IMG/VR virus record: IMGVR_UViG_3300044841_000118
Span: 1-60,317 of that record
Strand: one strand, 5' to 3'
Origin: a virus
Lineage: Duplodnaviria > Caudoviricetes
Length of the DNA stretch: 60,317 nucleotides
Made by a program: the position numbers and the translations under genes. The notes below the pieces were generated by a model. The model ran no database searches and had not been told where the DNA came from. It saw only the letters and a program-made list of their open reading frames with translations. Positions within the stretch are counted from its first letter, which is position 1. Each line of letters opens with the position of its first letter. Positions 55,971-60,317 of this stretch are shown here, in pieces.

Positions 55971-56546
55971 ATGCGAGACATTCAGACCTACGCCAAGGAC
56001 AGACTAGCCGAACTGATGCACGACAAGGTTGAGACGGTTGACGATCTCCGCTCCGAGGCTAATGACCTTGAGGAAGATTTTGACGGCGACAGCTTCGCTC
56101 CTTACTACAACCAGAAGCAAGAAGTGATCGATCAGTATGAGCGCGAGTTTGGCTCTGACGCCGAGGACATTTGCGGTGAGGCAACTTTCAAGGCGTCTGA
56201 TTACATGGCTGCCATGTCCGCTTACGCTGACGCGATCGGATGGACCGCATTCTCTAGCTACTTCGCAGAAGCAAAGGAAGAGTTTTCCGATGCACTGGAC
56301 GCGATCCAAGAGGCAATCGAGGCGCGCGGACTAGACGCCGATGACGTCAAGGTGAGCGTTTCCAGTTCCGACCCGTTCGGCTGGTCTGCCCACAACCGCG
56401 AGGACGCTACTGGCTCGTTGACGCTCTGCATCCACGAGTCTGGCCAGTTAGACGGAATCAACGGTATCAGTGCCGAAGTATGGTCTGGCTTGCATCTGTC
56501 CTTCACCTGGGATCCGAGCAAGCCAGCAGCAAACGAAGCGGAGTAA
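55971..56546 (+). CDS. highly acidic early protein (Ocr-like DNA mimic candidate)
   Basis: AAGGAGG RBS; D/E-rich; DGDSFAPYY. Confidence 0.6.
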   Translation: MRDIQTYAKDRLAELMHDKVETVDDLRSEANDLEEDFDGDSFAPYYNQKQEVIDQYEREFGSDAEDICGEATFKASDYMAAMSAYADAIGWTAFSSYFAEAKEEFSDALDAIQEAIEARGLDADDVKVSVSSSDPFGWSAHNREDATGSLTLCIHESGQLDGINGISAEVWSGLHLSFTWDPSKPAANEAE

Positions 56547-56589
56547 CGCGTTCGTTCCCACTCTAACAATGCAAGACAGGAGGCACCAC

Positions 56590-56790
56590 ATGACGAACTA
56601 CAACTGTGATGGATCTGGACCGCACTCTGAAGGCGAAGTCAAGCTGATGCCAACAGGCGGAAGCGGCAACCTCATACTCTGCCACAACTGCTGGAATCAC
56701 GAGCTTGCCTATCGCAATAGCGAGATGGGCGAGTTTGCACAGTTCGACCTGCCCCTATGGTCACAGGGCAAGGTTTACGAGACAGTCTAA
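56590..56790 (+). CDS. early Cys-rich small protein
   Basis: AGGAGG RBS; NCDGSGPH...ILCHNC. Confidence 0.7.
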   Translation: MTNYNCDGSGPHSEGEVKLMPTGGSGNLILCHNCWNHELAYRNSEMGEFAQFDLPLWSQGKVYETV

Positions 56791-56925
56791 AGCAATCAGT
56801 TTCCTCAAAACCTGAAACAATCATCCTGTGCAACACTCAGCCCCTGGAACGCCAATAGCGATGCATACCGAATCAGCTTAGAAGGCTGATGCGCTAAGAC
56901 CGTGCCCAAGGAAAGGCTAGCACCC

Positions 56926-57210
56926 ATGCACTGCCCCATCTGTTACGAACGAAGCAAGGGACAAGGAGCGCGGCCGCTCCGGCGCAGCATCGGCAGGGTG
57001 GCCGCCGAATCCCTGAACCGCGCATCTGAATCCGCTATGCGAAATCTGACCAGTCCAGTTTCTGGACACATAGGGGTGATGGACGCGCGTAGTGCGGCAC
57101 ACGCAGCAAGACATCTGGAGATAGAAGCGCCGGCGCGGTTTGCCTATCTCCTTCCAGACTCCCCCGAGGGGGTGGGCCAGTTATTTTTGAAACGAACGGA
57201 GGCTGTATGA
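56926..57210 (+). CDS. hypothetical protein
   Basis: CPIC start; coupled to next gene. Confidence 0.5.
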   Translation: MHCPICYERSKGQGARPLRRSIGRVAAESLNRASESAMRNLTSPVSGHIGVMDARSAAHAARHLEIEAPARFAYLLPDSPEGVGQLFLKRTEAV

Positions 57211-57488
57211 GCATTCATCCCGGACCGTGGCGCGTAAAGCACGGCTATCAGATCGTCGATGGTAATGGTGTCCGCATAGTGGACGCCGAGAGAACAGGAC
57301 TCAACGACGCAACCATACAGGATTGCCTCCGCCTGATCGCGGCCGCACCGGCAATGCTCAAAGCACTGCAGGCTGTTTATGCCGGTGTGGTCAAGTCACG
57401 CAATGAGGAACGTCTTGTCATCAACATCAGTCTTCAGGCATTCAAAGACGTGGAAGCGGCCATATCTAAGGCCACAGAGCCCGAATGA
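57207..57488 (+). CDS. common phage hypothetical protein
   Basis: PGPW...LIAAAPAML motif. Confidence 0.75.
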   Translation: MSIHPGPWRVKHGYQIVDGNGVRIVDAERTGLNDATIQDCLRLIAAAPAMLKALQAVYAGVVKSRNEERLVINISLQAFKDVEAAISKATEPE

Positions 57489-57630
57489 GCGACCCGAGCA
57501 AGCCTGACGCCCCGGAGGGTGCTTTCCTTCCCTCCGACGCGCCAGCGCTGCCACTGATAGACCGTGTGGTAGGTTGGCTGGAGAAGATCGATGCGGCGAC
57601 TGAACCGTTGTTGCCAGATGAGGAGGAGGC

Positions 57631-57951
57631 TTGAACCGACCGAAGACCCGCGAAGAGTGGGCCGCGCTGCTTGAGACCTTCCCGGAAGAGCTCGGCGACC
57701 TGCTGATCAGTGCTGGGCAGAAGATGCGCGGGCGACTCTACCCCGGCGGGCGGTCGCCTGTGCTGAAGCCCTGTCCGAAATGTGGAGAGTCGTACTCCGC
57801 GCGCGAACTCCGCACACATCAGCGACAGTGTGGCGCCCATCTAGTACCGTGCAAGTTCTGCGGGCGGAAGTGGGGAGCGGCTGGCATCTATCTGCACGAG
57901 GTCCGCTGCTCCGAGAATCCGAACCGCAAAGAGAAAAAGGCCACCCGGTGA
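57631..57951 (+). CDS. double C2HC zinc-finger protein
   Basis: CPKC...H...C and CKFC...H...C; GGAGG RBS. Confidence 0.7.
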   Translation: MNRPKTREEWAALLETFPEELGDLLISAGQKMRGRLYPGGRSPVLKPCPKCGESYSARELRTHQRQCGAHLVPCKFCGRKWGAAGIYLHEVRCSENPNRKEKKATR

Positions 57952-57962
57952 AGGATGGCCTT
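57937..57962. terminator. terminator between convergent arms
   Basis: AAGGCCA/TGGCCTT stem with A-tract. Confidence 0.55.
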
Positions 57963-58005
57963 ACTGGGAGATTTCATCAAGAACCGCGCGGCGACTCTCC
58001 CTGGT

Positions 58006-58188
58006 TCACACCTTGTACAACTTTCGTCTCTCTGGGTACTGCTTGAGGTAAGCGGCGATCCGTTCCGGATGCTGCACTGACAGCCGTTTGGTCTTGTGAT
58101 CCCGGCAGACCAGGCCGGCCGGCTGGTGGCATCTCGGGCACTCGACGTGGGTCATTGCGTCCGTGTTGAGCATGCCGGTCACAACCAT
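58006..58188 (-). CDS. small Zn-finger protein
   Basis: CPRC..PAG..C...H..R. Confidence 0.6.
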   Translation of the reverse strand: MVVTGMLNTDAMTHVECPRCHQPAGLVCRDHKTKRLSVQHPERIAAYLKQYPERRKLYKV

Positions 58189-58319
58189 CGTACCGCTAGC
58201 TTACTCGTACCACACGGCCATCTCTTGGTGGATTCTGGCTCTCCACTCAGATTGATAGACCGAGTCGAACCGCATGCGTAACCGCCACGCCCACTCCTTC
58301 AGTTTCTCTAGCATTTTCC

Positions 58320-58517
58320 TCACCCCAGGATAGAAGCTGATTGCGCCTTGGCGCGGCGCTTGCGGCTCTCGTTCGAGCGGTCCCCTAGTTTCGTCTTCAG
58401 CATCTCAAGCAGCTGTTTGGCTGCGTCCAGGCGCTGGTCCGTGGTGTACTTGCCGGCCTTGTCCTCGGCGATCGAGATCAGAACGCGGCGCAACCGCTGT
58501 GGCGTTGAGGCGGCCAC
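58320..58517 (-). CDS. hypothetical protein
   Basis: helical, basic; in a chain of abutting small ORFs. Confidence 0.55.
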   Translation of the reverse strand: MAASTPQRLRRVLISIAEDKAGKYTTDQRLDAAKQLLEMLKTKLGDRSNESRKRRAKAQSASILG

Positions 58518-58624
58518 TTACTGCGCATCCAGTTTCTGGACAGCCAGCTGATTCTTCGGCCCACCCCAAGATAGTTCCGAACCGGAATCATCACTTAGGG
58601 CGTCGAGATTGATCAACGAGGCGG

Positions 58625-58849
58625 TCATGTCGTCTTAGAACCCCAAACGATCTTTGGCAGCACGGAGATGCTACCCCAATACATTTCCACGTATTCCGCA
58701 GGGCGCAATTTACCTGTAACAGCGAAGTCGAGAACGCTTGCGGCCAGAAAGAGAGGCCAGACCATCACGGCGAAGAACAAACCAGGCAGAGCGGCCAGCG
58801 GTGTGAGCAGTACGCGGAGGGTCAACTGGAGTAGACGGCGGATGGTCAT
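58625..58849 (-). CDS. small membrane protein
   Basis: hydrophobic hairpin; GCATC promoter box upstream. Confidence 0.55.
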   Translation of the reverse strand: MTIRRLLQLTLRVLLTPLAALPGLFFAVMVWPLFLAASVLDFAVTGKLRPAEYVEMYWGSISVLPKIVWGSKTT

Positions 58850-58933
58850 GGGAGGGGTGCTGGTAGTTAAGATGCGGATTGCTGAGAAAAATTAACATAC
58901 TTTTTCTCAATCGTTGTCCGCGTCTTGCGCGTC

Positions 58934-59017
58934 CTAAACCAAACCAAAACCTATACCAAACCTAAACCTAAACCCTACGGGCATCTTCCGGGATTATCCG
59001 GGAGACTCCGGGAGAAC
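58934..59017. repeat. ori-like region: AAACC-rich tract plus three 10-bp iterons
   Basis: CTAAACCAAACCAAAACCTATACCAAACCTAAACCTAAACCCT; TCCGGGATTA/TCCGGGAGAC/TCCGGGAGAA. Confidence 0.55.
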
Positions 59018-59115
59018 TGTAAGCTCCACAAAACACACGGCTTGCTGCAGGGGGTATCACAAAGGTAACTAAATTGTCTCTAAATTGTCATTTTCGCGTT
59101 TATGATGTGCTCTCA

Positions 59116-59295
59116 ATGACCAAAACGAAGGGCGGCAAGGTGCCGCAATGCCCTATCCATGGGCGGGATCTGGTGTGCCCGTCTTGTGCAGCAATCGAAC
59201 GGGGCCGGAAGGGCGGGGAGAAGACCTCCGCCGAAAAAGCGAAAACCGCGCGGGAGAACGCGGCCAAAGCTCGTAAGAAACGGCACCCGAAGTGA
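59116..59295 (+). CDS. small basic KGG-motif DNA-binding-like protein with Zn knuckle
   Basis: CPIH...CPSC; GRKGGEKTSAEKAKTAREN. Confidence 0.65.
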   Translation: MTKTKGGKVPQCPIHGRDLVCPSCAAIERGRKGGEKTSAEKAKTARENAAKARKKRHPK

Positions 59296-59329
59296 AGCCG
59301 GGCGGGTCTGTCTCCAACCCGCCCAACCC

Positions 59330-60043
59330 CTACGCGGCTTCTTCTTCTTCTACTTTGCGTGGGCGGCCGCGCTTGGCCCGTACGCCTTCGGCGATCGCAA
59401 TCGGCTCGAAACTCTGCCGGTTAGATATCCCCATTGCGGTCATCAACATGCCCACGTGTGCGTCAAGAAACGCTTTCCGTGCTTTGTGGCTGCGGGGCAG
59501 ACGCTTGACGCGGCTGTCCACAAACCGGAAGCACTCGAGCTCGATACGGTCCAGGCTGTACGTTCTCTCTTGCAGGTAATGCTCTTTGCGGAACTGGACG
59601 ACCTTGTCCAGGTAGTCGTGAACTTTCTTCGGATCTTGCGTCTTGGGCGGTGGCAGCGCAGCAACCGCTTCCGTGAAACGACCAAGGGGGCGCTCCTCAT
59701 TCGTCCCCATCATGTCCAGGCCCCGAGACATCGCTGCCAGCAAGTAAATCTCCGGCAGGTTGGCCTTCGCGTTCTCGAACCCGTTCATTAAGTTGTAGGC
59801 AGTCTTGCGGTCAAAGCGGATCTCGTCCAGAAAACGGACGAACACCCCCTTGGGCTGCAGGATTTCGCGGATGCGGACCAGCCGCTCCCCGATTGCCATG
59901 CGTGCCCGCCCGAAGTTGACCATGTCACTGCCTAAACCTTTGGTCTCCTTCTCAAGCGTGGCGCGTTCCTTTGGATCGAGTTCCCCCAGGTGGTCGATCA
60001 CCGCTTCGAAGTTCGTCAATGTGATGTCTGTGTTCTTCATCAT
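59330..60043 (-). CDS. DUF3102-like DNA-binding protein with AT-hook
   Basis: AIGERLVRIR...G.FVRFL...RKTAYNLM; C-terminal KRGRPRK. Confidence 0.65.
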   Translation of the reverse strand: MMKNTDITLTNFEAVIDHLGELDPKERATLEKETKGLGSDMVNFGRARMAIGERLVRIREILQPKGVFVRFLDEIRFDRKTAYNLMNGFENAKANLPEIYLLAAMSRGLDMMGTNEERPLGRFTEAVAALPPPKTQDPKKVHDYLDKVVQFRKEHYLQERTYSLDRIELECFRFVDSRVKRLPRSHKARKAFLDAHVGMLMTAMGISNRQSFEPIAIAEGVRAKRGRPRKVEEEEAA

Positions 60044-60317
60044 AAGATGTAGTCGTTACGCCATTCCCCTTTCCCTTTTTGGTAGCAAAGCGAAGATAGC
60101 ACATATGCTTTGTCTCCGCGCAATGACTTTTCTACCATCTTTGTGCCAAATAGGGATTACCCCTTTGGTTGTACACAGCATGGTAAATATTAGCTTGCAT
60201 TATTTCTTGACACGGCACTTTTTACGCCCTACCTTGTACTTACAAATTCAGTTCCAAAGGGCCGTAAATACAAACCCCCATGACTGTTCCCCCCTATTTT
60301 TCGAAGCGCTTTGAAAA

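Larger units (their letters stand above)
3645..59839. promoter_or_regulatory. dispersed palindromic site GTCCR-N5-YGGAC (17 exact copies found)
   Basis: starts at 3645, 6638, 7777, 8934, 14473, 21390, 25762, 29883, 34970, 38047, 42090, 53680, 54558, 55065, 55857, 57053, 59825. Confidence 0.8.

Noticed and set aside
56791-56925. Hammerhead ribozyme, and a 12-mer shared with 37562-37573
   Set aside because: CTGATGC does not fit CUGANGA; 12-mer matches are expected by chance in 60 kb
58320-58517. Terminase small subunit (DQRLDAAKQLL)
   Set aside because: Only a weak motif, no HTH, and 12 kb from terL; TerS remains unidentified
1-60317. DGR/retron, stop-codon recoding, or lasso biosynthetic enzymes
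   Set aside because: No reverse transcriptase motif seen; core genes are intact in code 11; no asparagine-synthetase-like cyclase, B2 peptidase or PqqD/RRE gene recognised

Overview
Most of the genome of a temperate, podovirus-like dsDNA phage in its non-integrated form. attP is intact at ~12.49 kb, has phage genes on both sides, and its core matches a tRNA-Ser 3' end. The host is probably Acidobacteriota (inference from gene families and promoter style). Layout: 1-12.3 kb (+) replication and nucleotide genes (DnaB-like helicase, DnaN-like clamp, endo VII x2, HNH, metallophosphoesterases, dNMP kinase, HD hydrolase, excisionase); 12.3-13.8 kb attP and tyrosine integrase; 14-53.5 kb (-) late arm (peptide deformylase, several peptidases, terminase, holin, portal, scaffold, N4-gp56-type capsid, tRNA-Asn, lytic transglycosylase, two adaptor paralogues, tailspikes, nozzle, ejection proteins); 53.7-58 kb (+) early genes behind three related sigma70 promoters; 58-60.3 kb ori-like and regulatory region. 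Main novelties: (1) two paralogous 44/45-aa ORFs absent from the ORF track that match paeninodin-type lasso-peptide precursors, with no lasso enzymes in the window; (2) four consecutive tail/tailspike genes that all carry Sec signal peptides and even numbers of mature-chain Cys, suggesting periplasmic folding; (3) a genome-wide palindrome GTCCR-N5-YGGAC (17 exact and 9 near copies found by eye), often fused to terminators or upstream of promoters; (4) several unassigned structured ncRNA candidates in the late arm; (5) a recurrent ECF-sigma-like promoter. All family calls come from motif recognition by eye, not database searches.
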